A stretch of 64,000 bases of DNA, taken from NCBI GenBank assembly GCA_003599635.1, contig QZIX01000009.1, forward strand, positions 407-64,406, written 5' to 3'. The notes under the pieces were generated by a model. That model worked only from the letters and a program-made list of their open reading frames with translations, was not told the DNA's origin and searched no databases. A program made the position numbers and the translations under genes. This document shows positions 16,229 through 24,166 of this stretch, piece after piece; the first letter of the stretch is position 1; the number at the start of each line of letters is the position of its first letter. The stretch comes from Candidatus Parcubacteria bacterium. Lineage in GTDB: Bacteria; Patescibacteriota; Patescibacteriia; Buchananbacterales; SURF-54.

Positions 16229-17032
16229 CTAGAGGGGCATGAATTCAAGGTTGTCGCCGCTGACGATGCATTTTATCGGTCTTTTGACTGCGCCACTCTG
16301 GGACGACGACATCATCCGGACAATTCGGTAGTTGCCGCGTTCATATATCTGATAACCTTGTTCACCAACAATGCCGCGCTTATCGTGACCGATAAAAAGA
16401 TTTTTTCTTGATGTGCCTTTGAAAACGAAGTCGATGACGCTTTGCCAGCAAATTTCGAAACTTGGAGGCCCAAATTTTTCGAAGATTCTGTCTTCAGAAA
16501 TTTCCGGATTAAATACCGACCAGGTAAAGGCATCTGCTGAAGGCATATTTTTGCCAGCGCATCCGTGAACGAGAGCTGAACCGGCCGTATTTGCACCTAT
16601 CGGCAGCAATTCCATTAAAGAACATATAACTTCGGACAGCTGTTTTTGTTCTGCCCATTTGGTCGTTATCTCCGGATAAACCTCGGCGATGTAAAGCCCT
16701 TGCATCATTTCACGGCAGTCGCAGTTGCCGCGGACGATCAAAGCATTGTATTTGACCATCGCTTCGATTAATAGCATAGTGGTTTGAAACATCCCCAAGG
16801 GGATATTATTTCCCGAAACGTTACGCCAGGCCAAGTCGCCTAGGCAGATTACCTGATTTCCGGCCTTGGCATCAGCGAGCGCCTGTCTGGCTATTTCCGG
16901 TTCACCGTGAATATCACCATAAACAATAAAATTTTTCGCCGCAATTGTGGCAAACTTTTTGCCGCTTTGGGCGAACTCGGTTACGATTTGCAGCGCTTCA
17001 GTAAGAATTCTGATAATCTCTTCGTACTTCAT
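16229..17032 (-). CDS. calcineurin-like metallophosphoesterase
   Basis: GDIHG, GDLAWR and GNCDC motifs. I prefer ATG at 17032-17030, preceded by AAAAGGAGAG, over the track start at 17146. Confidence 0.8.
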   Translation of the reverse strand: MKYEEIIRILTEALQIVTEFAQSGKKFATIAAKNFIVYGDIHGEPEIARQALADAKAGNQVICLGDLAWRNVSGNNIPLGMFQTTMLLIEAMVKYNALIVRGNCDCREMMQGLYIAEVYPEITTKWAEQKQLSEVICSLMELLPIGANTAGSALVHGCAGKNMPSADAFTWSVFNPEISEDRIFEKFGPPSFEICWQSVIDFVFKGTSRKNLFIGHDKRGIVGEQGYQIYERGNYRIVRMMSSSQSGAVKRPIKCIVSGDNLEFMPL

Positions 17033-17203
17033 CTTGTCTCTCCTTTTTGTTAAACCAATGGGAATTGTAGGGAACAGTGTCAAGAAAATGTTATCTTGAC
17101 CTCTAATATTAGCAATAAATAGGAAAATTGTCAATAAAAATAACAAAATTTAAGAAAATAATAACGTAAATTTAGCTATATATTTATATAATATTTATAA
17201 TTG

Positions 17204-17222
17204 TTGTCAATAATATTGACAA
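17204..17222. promoter_or_regulatory. 19-bp perfect palindrome TTGTCAATA-A-TATTGACAA (operator candidate / back-to-back -35 boxes)
   Basis: Perfect 9-1-9 inverted repeat. The half-site TTGTCAATA recurs at 17128-17136. The right half contains the TTGACA used in the trmB-like promoter. Confidence 0.5.
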
Positions 17223-17244
17223 AAGATAGGGCTAGGTGTATACT
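17216..17244 (+). promoter_or_regulatory. promoter candidate positioned for a leaderless transcript
   Basis: TTGACA at 17216-17221, a 17-nt spacer, then TATACT at 17239-17244. ATG 17251 lies 7 nt after the -10, and no Shine-Dalgarno is present. Confidence 0.45.
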
Positions 17245-17250
17245 TAATTT

Positions 17251-17988
17251 ATGGATACGGAAAAAACACTCCAAAAATTCGGACTTGATTCAAAAGCGGT
17301 TAAAGTTTATCTGGCATTGTTGGAACTGGGAAAAGCGCCAGTTTTAAGTATTGCCAAAAAAGCCGAAATTAAAAGACCCACAGCCTATTTAATTTTAGAT
17401 GAACTTGTGGAAAAGGGGCTGGCTTTTAAAATTCCCAAAAAAAATAAAACTACTTATGTAGCGGAAAATCCGAAGAATCTGCTAAAGATTTTGGAAAAAA
17501 GAAAATCAGAAATTGAAAAAATCATTCCTGATTTATTGTCAATTTATAAAACCGAAAAAGAAAAACCCACAGTATCGATGTATGAAGGCGAAGAAGGGGT
17601 GTTGCAGCTGTATAATCATATCGCCGAAGCGGCGGAACAAAATAAAAGTATCTGGTGGTACGGTGATGTTAAAACATTAAATGAAAGACTGCCCGATGTC
17701 CTGCCGATGTTTTATCAATTAGTTAAAGGTAGGAAAATTCAGATGAGGGATTTTAACGGCGGATCTGAATTTGAAAAAAAATACGCTAAAAGCCATAAAC
17801 GGGCAAATTATGAAATTAGATATTGTCCTTTGCCGATTCAAAATATTGATATGGCGGTATTTGGCGATAAAATAGCCGTCATATCATTTCATGAAAATAT
17901 TTATTCTGTAATAATTGAAGACAAAAATATTGCCGCAAGCATCAAAAGCCTGTATGAACTCGCCTGGCAACAAGGCGAAAAATATTAA
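17251..17988 (+). CDS. TrmB-family transcriptional regulator
   Basis: The N-terminal winged HTH LQKFGLDSKAVKVYLALLELGKAPVLSIAKKAEIKRPTAYLILDELVEKGL is typical of TrmB. Confidence 0.8.
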   Translation: MDTEKTLQKFGLDSKAVKVYLALLELGKAPVLSIAKKAEIKRPTAYLILDELVEKGLAFKIPKKNKTTYVAENPKNLLKILEKRKSEIEKIIPDLLSIYKTEKEKPTVSMYEGEEGVLQLYNHIAEAAEQNKSIWWYGDVKTLNERLPDVLPMFYQLVKGRKIQMRDFNGGSEFEKKYAKSHKRANYEIRYCPLPIQNIDMAVFGDKIAVISFHENIYSVIIEDKNIAASIKSLYELAWQQGEKY

Positions 17989-18041
17989 ATTAAAAATGAG
18001 AATAGTATGATAGTATGTACTATCATACTATATAGATTTTT

Positions 18042-18476
18042 ATGAAAAGTAAATATAAAATTTTGGAACACACGGCGGATTTGAAGATTCAGGCAAATGG
18101 CATGGACTTGGCTGAACTTTTTTGTAATATGGCAACAGGTATGTATGAGTATATCTATAAATTTCAAATTTCAAAGCTTAAATGTCAAACAAAATCAAAA
18201 TTACAAATTACAAATGTCAAAAATATCAAATTAAAAGCAGACAACATCGAATCGCTTTTAGTGGACTGGCTGTCAGAATTGCTTTATTTTTCAGATGCCG
18301 AAAATTTAATGGCAGTTAAATATGATTTTGTTAAACTCAGTTTTAAAGAATTGACGGCAAAAGTAAATTTCATAAAAGCACAAGCAAAAGACGATATTAA
18401 AGCCGTGACTTATCACGATTTATCTGTGAAAAAGATATCAGCTGGCTGGGAAGCCATTGTCGTCTTTGATATTTAG
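18042..18476 (+). CDS. archease (RtcB activator)
   Basis: YKILEHTADLKIQA at the N-terminus and IKAVTYHDLSV...W...VVFDI at the C-terminus. It lies directly upstream of rtcB. Confidence 0.85.
   Translation: MKSKYKILEHTADLKIQANGMDLAELFCNMATGMYEYIYKFQISKLKCQTKSKLQITNVKNIKLKADNIESLLVDWLSELLYFSDAENLMAVKYDFVKLSFKELTAKVNFIKAQAKDDIKAVTYHDLSVKKISAGWEAIVVFDI
18162..18230 (+). repeat. heptamer-periodic NNCAAAT-type repeat inside archease CDS
   Basis: The units read ttcaaat ttcaaag cttaaat gtcaaac, then tcaaaat tacaaat tacaaat gtcaaaa. They encode KFQISKLKCQTKSKLQITNVKNIKL. Confidence 0.6.
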
Positions 18477-18485
18477 AAAATTTTT

Positions 18486-19925
18486 ATGATCGATTTGTCA
18501 AAGTTAAAAAAATTATCAAATTACCTTTGGGAAGTTCCCGGATCTTTCAGAGGCGATATGAGAGTGCCGGCAAGAATTTATGCCACGGAAAAAATGTTAA
18601 AAAAAATCGGACAAGACAGGTCGCTTGACCAGCTGATTAACGTCACAACCTTGCCCGGAGTTTATAAATATTGTTTGGCTATGCCGGACATGCATGAAGG
18701 TTACGGTTTCCCCATCGGCGGTGTGGCAGCCGTAGATGCTGAAAATGGAATAATTTCGCCTGGCGGCGTCGGCTACGATATTAACTGCGGTGTACGGCTT
18801 TTAACAGGCGGATTTAATTTTGATGAATCGAAAGATTTGATTTTGGACCTGGCCAACCAGATACAACGCGACGTCCCATCGGGCGTAGGCAGAGGAGGCA
18901 AAATCAAATTGGACAAAAAGGAAATTGATGAGGTATTGAAAAATGGCGCGCTATGGGCTGTTTATAGAGGCTATGGCGAAAAACGAGATTTGGAGTTTAC
19001 AGAAGAAGAGGGGCGGCTGAAAAATGCTGACCCGGAATTTGTTTTCGAGCGGGCAAAAAAAAGGGGGCAGGATCAGGTGGGAACATTGGGCGCGGGAAAT
19101 CATTTTCTGGAAATTCAGAAAGTTGAAGCGGTTTATGACAATACCGCGGCACAACATTTTGAACTGAAAAAAAATCAGATTGTTTTTATGATTCATACAG
19201 GATCACGAGGCCTGGGACATCAGGTTTGTACGGATTACGTAAGAATTTTAAATAAAGAAATGCCCTCAGACATAAGACTTCCGGACAGGGAACTGGTTTG
19301 CGCTTATTTTAATTCCGAACAGGGCCAATCGTATTTTAAAGCCATGTCGGCTGCCGCCAATTTTGCCTGGGCTAATCGCCAGATGATTTCTCATTGGGTG
19401 AGAAATTCGGTTAAACAGATTTTGCAAAAAAAATCTGATCTGGATTACAATTTAAAAATTTTATATGATGTCGCTCATAATATTGCCAAGCAGGAAATTT
19501 ATGACGGCAAAGAATATATAGTTCATCGCAAAGGCGCGACCAGATGTTTTGGCCCTGGCAGAATTGAAGTTCCGGAAAAATACCGGTCCATAGGCCAGCC
19601 GGTGATTATCCCGGGCAGCATGGGTACGGCTTCTTATGTTTTGTCGGGGACAAACCTGGCAATGTCGGAAACTTTCGGTTCCGCCTGCCATGGCGCAGGC
19701 AGGCAAATGTCAAGAAAAAAAGCCGTTGAGTCTATCAATTATAATGCCTTAAAAACTGAAATGTCGGCCAAAAAAATTATTACCCGCGCCGGGTCTGCCC
19801 GGGGGTTGGTTGAAGAAGCGCCGCAGGCATATAAGGACATAGATGAGGTTGTGGATGTGGTGCATAATAGCGGCATTGCCAAAAAAGTTGCCCGTTTAGT
19901 GCCCTTAGCAGTAATAAAAGGATGA
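18486..19925 (+). CDS. rtcB: RNA ligase RtcB
   Basis: DMHEGYGFPIGGV, GGVGYDINCG, GAGNHF, the HTGSRGLGHQ region and SACHGAGR are all present across the full 479-aa length. Confidence 0.95.
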   Translation: MIDLSKLKKLSNYLWEVPGSFRGDMRVPARIYATEKMLKKIGQDRSLDQLINVTTLPGVYKYCLAMPDMHEGYGFPIGGVAAVDAENGIISPGGVGYDINCGVRLLTGGFNFDESKDLILDLANQIQRDVPSGVGRGGKIKLDKKEIDEVLKNGALWAVYRGYGEKRDLEFTEEEGRLKNADPEFVFERAKKRGQDQVGTLGAGNHFLEIQKVEAVYDNTAAQHFELKKNQIVFMIHTGSRGLGHQVCTDYVRILNKEMPSDIRLPDRELVCAYFNSEQGQSYFKAMSAAANFAWANRQMISHWVRNSVKQILQKKSDLDYNLKILYDVAHNIAKQEIYDGKEYIVHRKGATRCFGPGRIEVPEKYRSIGQPVIIPGSMGTASYVLSGTNLAMSETFGSACHGAGRQMSRKKAVESINYNALKTEMSAKKIITRAGSARGLVEEAPQAYKDIDEVVDVVHNSGIAKKVARLVPLAVIKG

Positions 19926-19966
19926 TAATATATTGTAAATAGCCAGAAGCTTTATAACAAATAGTT

Positions 19967-19995
19967 AAGTCTTTGTGAAAAAGGCTTTTTTGTGT
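19967..19995 (+). terminator. weak terminator candidate after rtcB
   Basis: aagtcttt pairs with aaaggctt (one G-U pair) around a short loop, followed by tttttgtgtt. Confidence 0.4.
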
Positions 19996-20296
19996 TATAA
20001 TTTATCTATACACAAGCATTAAATGCGCTCAATTTTTGTGACTTGGAAACATTTTTTGGAATTGCTCTTCCGTTACTTCAAAGATCTGAAATCCTTTTTT
20101 AATTTTTAATCCAAAAAAATTAAAATTATTTAAAAACGTGAACTAATTAATTTTCCGGCGCTCTTTGGGAACAAAACCGCGTCCATTTATAAAAAACAAA
20201 TATAAATAATAATGATTTTCACCTCCAGTACACGATTTTAAAGTTAGCCCTGACTTTAGGCGAGAGTCGGCATTAAATCCCGTAGATATTAGTTTT

Positions 20297-20677
20297 ATGC
20301 CAGATTCAAACAAGATATTAATTGTAGAAGATGACCAATTTTTGGCGAAAATGTTGTCTAAAACCTTGGAATCGCACGGATATGATATAGTCCTGGCAAA
20401 TAACGGCCGGGAGGGATTGCTCAAAGTTTCAACTGAAAAGCCTAAGTTGGTTTTGTTGGACATAATTCTGCCCGATATTGACGGTTTTGATATTTTGGAA
20501 ACGATAAGAAAGGATGCGCAGACAAAAAAAATTCCGGTTATAATTATGTCGAATTTGGGTCAGCAGGAGGACATCCGCCAGGGAAAAACTTTAGGTGCCC
20601 AGGATTATTTAGTTAAAAGTGAAATAAAACTTGACCAGGTCGTCGACAAAATAAGAAAATATATCCCGGTGACTTAA
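20297..20677 (+). CDS. single-domain response regulator (CheY/PilH-like) heading the pilus cluster
   Basis: ILIVEDD, KLVLLDIILPDIDG and DYLVK receiver motifs. No output domain. Confidence 0.85.
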   Translation: MPDSNKILIVEDDQFLAKMLSKTLESHGYDIVLANNGREGLLKVSTEKPKLVLLDIILPDIDGFDILETIRKDAQTKKIPVIIMSNLGQQEDIRQGKTLGAQDYLVKSEIKLDQVVDKIRKYIPVT

Positions 20678-20738
20678 GATGTTTAACCTGATTTAAATTA
20701 CAATTTATAATCCGTCATTTTAACTTTAAATTCAAACT

Positions 20739-22421
20739 ATGCTTATTTCAAATCAAAAGCTTAAAGCCTTAGTCGGTGACCTTGATTTGATTTCCAAAGC
20801 GCAGCTGGAAAGCGCCTGCAAACAGGCGGATGATGAAAAAAAACCGCTGGCTAAGCTTTTGCTGTCGAAAAATTTGATTGCTGACGAACAATTAGGTCAG
20901 CTTATTGCCGGCAGCCTGGGCTATGATTTTATCGATCTGACCAAGGTTGTTATAAATGATGATGATTTAAAAATCATACCGGAAGTTGTTGCACGGAAAC
21001 AGAAAGTGATTTCCTTCGCGCGAGGCAAAGAGGGTATAAAATTAGCCATGGCCAATCCGAAAAATCTTGAAATTATCAGTTTGTTGGAAAAAAAGACCGG
21101 CCAGAAAATTATTCCGTTTTATACTACTGAAAAAATAATAAAGTCAGTTTTAGTAAAATACAAAAAAGAAATTCAGCAGGAATTTTCAAAACAGCTTAAG
21201 GAAAATATTGTAAAATTAAAAGGCGGCGCCAGGGCTGAGGACATTCCGGTCGTAAAAATCGTTGACAGCATCATTAATTACGGCTACGAAAACAAGGCCT
21301 CGGATATTCATATTGAACCCATGGAGGAAAAAACTTTAGTCCGATTCAGAATCGACGGTATTTTGCACGATATTGTAAAAATTCCGAATGAATATCATGA
21401 TCTGATAACCACCAGAATTAAAATAATGTCAAAATTGAGGACTGACGAGCATCAGTCGGCGCAGGACGGAAAAATAACGACCAAAATAGAAGCCGGAGAA
21501 AAAGTTGATATCAGGGTATCTATTGTGCCTTTGACTGACGGAGAAAAAATTGTCCTGCGTTTGCTGTCGGAAAAAAGCCGTCAGTTTGGTCTGGAAACGC
21601 TGGGACTTAGCGATGTTAACCTGGCCAAGGTTAAAAAAGAAATGGTTAAACCGTACGGAATGATATTGTCCACCGGTCCGACTGGTTCGGGCAAAACAAC
21701 TTCGCTTTATTCGATTATCAAGGCGATAAACAGAAGAGAAATCAACATTTCAACAATTGAGGACCCAGTCGAATACGACATGGAAGGAGTGAATCAAATC
21801 CAGGTAAATAATAAAACCAATCTGACTTTTGCCAAGGGTTTGCGCAGTATTTTGCGGCAAGATCCCGATATCATTATGGTCGGTGAAATAAGGGACGAGG
21901 AAACGGCGAGCATCGCCATAAATGCGGCAATGACCGGACATCTTGTTTTGTCAACGCTTCATACCAATGACGCGCCAACAACTCTGCCTCGTCTGATAGA
22001 TATGAAGATAGAACCGTTTTTAATCGCTTCGACGGTAAATTTAATTATCGCCCAGCGGTTAGTAAGGAAAATCTGCACCGAATGTGTCATTTCGGAAAAA
22101 GTCGATATGGACGAAATCAGGAGAAAGCTTTCCGAAACCGATTTGGAAAAATTTTTTAAAGGGCGCGAAACCGTGAGAATTTATCGCGGCAAAGGCTGCG
22201 GTGTTTGCAGTAATACCGGTTATAAAGGGAGAGTGGGTATTTTTGAAATATTGACGATGTCGGAAAAAATAAGAAGTTTGATTATGAACCGCGCGGATGC
22301 CGATGTGATAAGGAAACAGGCGAAAGAAGAAGGTATGCAGACCATGATTGAAGACGGCATGGCAAAAGTCATTTCCGGCGTTACCAGCATAGAAGAATTG
22401 CTCCGAGCGACTAAAGAATAA
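20739..22421 (+). CDS. pilB: type IV pilus / T2SS assembly ATPase (GspE/PilB family)
   Basis: Walker A GPTGSGKTT, Asp box, Walker B DPDIIMVGEIRD, His box, and the tetracysteine CTEC...CGVC. Confidence 0.9.
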   Translation: MLISNQKLKALVGDLDLISKAQLESACKQADDEKKPLAKLLLSKNLIADEQLGQLIAGSLGYDFIDLTKVVINDDDLKIIPEVVARKQKVISFARGKEGIKLAMANPKNLEIISLLEKKTGQKIIPFYTTEKIIKSVLVKYKKEIQQEFSKQLKENIVKLKGGARAEDIPVVKIVDSIINYGYENKASDIHIEPMEEKTLVRFRIDGILHDIVKIPNEYHDLITTRIKIMSKLRTDEHQSAQDGKITTKIEAGEKVDIRVSIVPLTDGEKIVLRLLSEKSRQFGLETLGLSDVNLAKVKKEMVKPYGMILSTGPTGSGKTTSLYSIIKAINRREINISTIEDPVEYDMEGVNQIQVNNKTNLTFAKGLRSILRQDPDIIMVGEIRDEETASIAINAAMTGHLVLSTLHTNDAPTTLPRLIDMKIEPFLIASTVNLIIAQRLVRKICTECVISEKVDMDEIRRKLSETDLEKFFKGRETVRIYRGKGCGVCSNTGYKGRVGIFEILTMSEKIRSLIMNRADADVIRKQAKEEGMQTMIEDGMAKVISGVTSIEELLRATKE

Positions 22422-22454
22422 CCTGCTGCCGCAAAAACAGGCAGCGTAAAAAAA

Positions 22455-23678
22455 ATGAAATTTTTTTATACGGCTACTTCAAGCAAAGGCGAAAAAACAT
22501 CCGGAACAGTGGATGCTTTAAATGTGAATGAAGCAACAAGACTTCTTTTGCGCCAGGGGCTTTACGTCAAAAAAATACACTCGAAAAAAATTACGGCCGT
22601 AAACCATTTATTTTCCATCGGCACGGTGTCGCTGGTCGATAAAATTTTATTTGCCAAACATTTGGCCACCATGATCAAATCGGGTATAACCATTTCCGAA
22701 GCGCTGCAGATAATCGAGGATCAGGCCACTTCGCAGCGATTTAAAAAAATAGTTTCGTCGATAAACAGCAAAGTTAAAGAGGGTCAGCAGCTTTCCAGCG
22801 CTTTGGCGGTTTACGGCGGGGTCTTTGACCCCTTGTTCAAAAATGTCGTCAGTGCCGGCGAAGAAAGCGGTTCTTTGGAGGAAAATTTAGAATATGTCGC
22901 CCGCGATCTGGAGGAAAAATACAATCTGCGAAAAGCGATAGTGGCCGCGGCTTTATATCCTTCAATCGTACTTATTGCCGTTGTCTTTTTACTTCTTCTT
23001 TTAGGTTATTTCGTACTGCCGAAAATAACGCATCTTTTCAGAACGTTGAAATTTGACCTGCCTTTAAGCACGGTGGTTTTATTGAAAATTTCCGAAATTT
23101 TTGAAAATTACGGCCGGTTGATTATAGGGCTGGCAATTTTTCTGCCGCTGGCCTTCTATTTTTCCACCCGACTCCGGCAGGTCAGGCCTTTCTGGCATGC
23201 CTTGCTGATAAAAATTCCGATTATCGGAAAAATAATAATAAATTATAACCTGGCCGTCATTTGCCGGACATTTGCGATTTTGTTAAAAAGCGGCATTACG
23301 ATTGACCGGTCAATATTGATAGTTTCGGAGACCGTAAAGAACGAAGTTTATAAAAATCGTCTTTCCAGCAGCGTAAAATATGTCCAGGGGGGCGGCACTT
23401 TTTCCTCTGCCCTGATGAAATTCAAGGGATCAAAACGAAAACCGATCTTCCCTCTTTTAGCCATAAAAATGATCGGTGTCGGGGAGCAAAGCGGACAGCT
23501 GGAGCAGTCTTTTTCCTATCTGGCAAAATATTATGACGAGGAAGTGAATGATGCCACCAAAAACCTGACGGTCACTTTAGAACCGCTGCTGTTGTTATTT
23601 GTCGGATTGATTGTGGGTTTTGTAGCCATATCGGTTATCACCCCGATATATCAGCTGACCGGAAAATTGGGGCGTTAA
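22455..23678 (+). CDS. pilC: type IV pilus platform protein (GspF/PilC family)
   Basis: Two T2SSF repeats, 407 aa, three TM segments. It lies directly after pilB. Confidence 0.9.
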   Translation: MKFFYTATSSKGEKTSGTVDALNVNEATRLLLRQGLYVKKIHSKKITAVNHLFSIGTVSLVDKILFAKHLATMIKSGITISEALQIIEDQATSQRFKKIVSSINSKVKEGQQLSSALAVYGGVFDPLFKNVVSAGEESGSLEENLEYVARDLEEKYNLRKAIVAAALYPSIVLIAVVFLLLLLGYFVLPKITHLFRTLKFDLPLSTVVLLKISEIFENYGRLIIGLAIFLPLAFYFSTRLRQVRPFWHALLIKIPIIGKIIINYNLAVICRTFAILLKSGITIDRSILIVSETVKNEVYKNRLSSSVKYVQGGGTFSSALMKFKGSKRKPIFPLLAIKMIGVGEQSGQLEQSFSYLAKYYDEEVNDATKNLTVTLEPLLLLFVGLIVGFVAISVITPIYQLTGKLGR

Positions 23679-23719
23679 CCATAATTTTAAAAAAACAAAT
23701 TGAAATCGCCGAATATATT

Positions 23720-24166
23720 ATGAAAGGATTCACTTTAATTGAATTAATAATAGTAATTGTCATAATAATGATTCTGGGCGCACTGAGTGTGCCTTTTTTT
23801 CAATTTTTCCAGGCGTCATCGGAACTTTATACTTTGACTGACGAGGTGACAAGAACCTTGAGAAATGCGCAGATTTCAGCTGTGACGGGGCAAAATGATT
23901 CAAACTGGGGAGTTTATTTTAATGACACGGAAAAAAAATTCGTGCTTTTTAGAGGCGACAGCTACCTCAATCGTGATTCTGGCTATGACCTGGTTTTCGA
24001 TTTTCAGGAAATTTTTACCGTTGAAAATGATTTCGGAAATGAAGTTGTTTTTTCGAAATACCAGGGACTGCCTTCAGTCACGGGCACACTGACTTTAAGA
24101 AGCCGTAATAGCCAAATGCATCAGGTAATAATTAACGGTCTCGGCCTTATCAATGCTTCATATTAA
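23720..24166 (+). CDS. prepilin-type minor pilin / pseudopilin
   Basis: MKGFTLIELIIVIVII is a class III signal with cleavage at G|FTLIE (Glu5 present). Confidence 0.8.
   Translation: MKGFTLIELIIVIVIIMILGALSVPFFQFFQASSELYTLTDEVTRTLRNAQISAVTGQNDSNWGVYFNDTEKKFVLFRGDSYLNRDSGYDLVFDFQEIFTVENDFGNEVVFSKYQGLPSVTGTLTLRSRNSQMHQVIINGLGLINASY

Noticed and set aside
16229-17146. Track start at 17146 giving a 38-aa hydrophobic N-terminal extension on the metallophosphoesterase
   Set aside because: The extension runs through the promoter/operator region. The internal ATG at 17032 has a strong AAAAGGAGAG Shine-Dalgarno and gives a normal-length enzyme.
20143-20463. 106-aa minus-strand ORF overlapping the start of the response regulator gene
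   Set aside because: It has no Shine-Dalgarno and a low-complexity translation, and it overlaps a well-supported receiver domain CDS.
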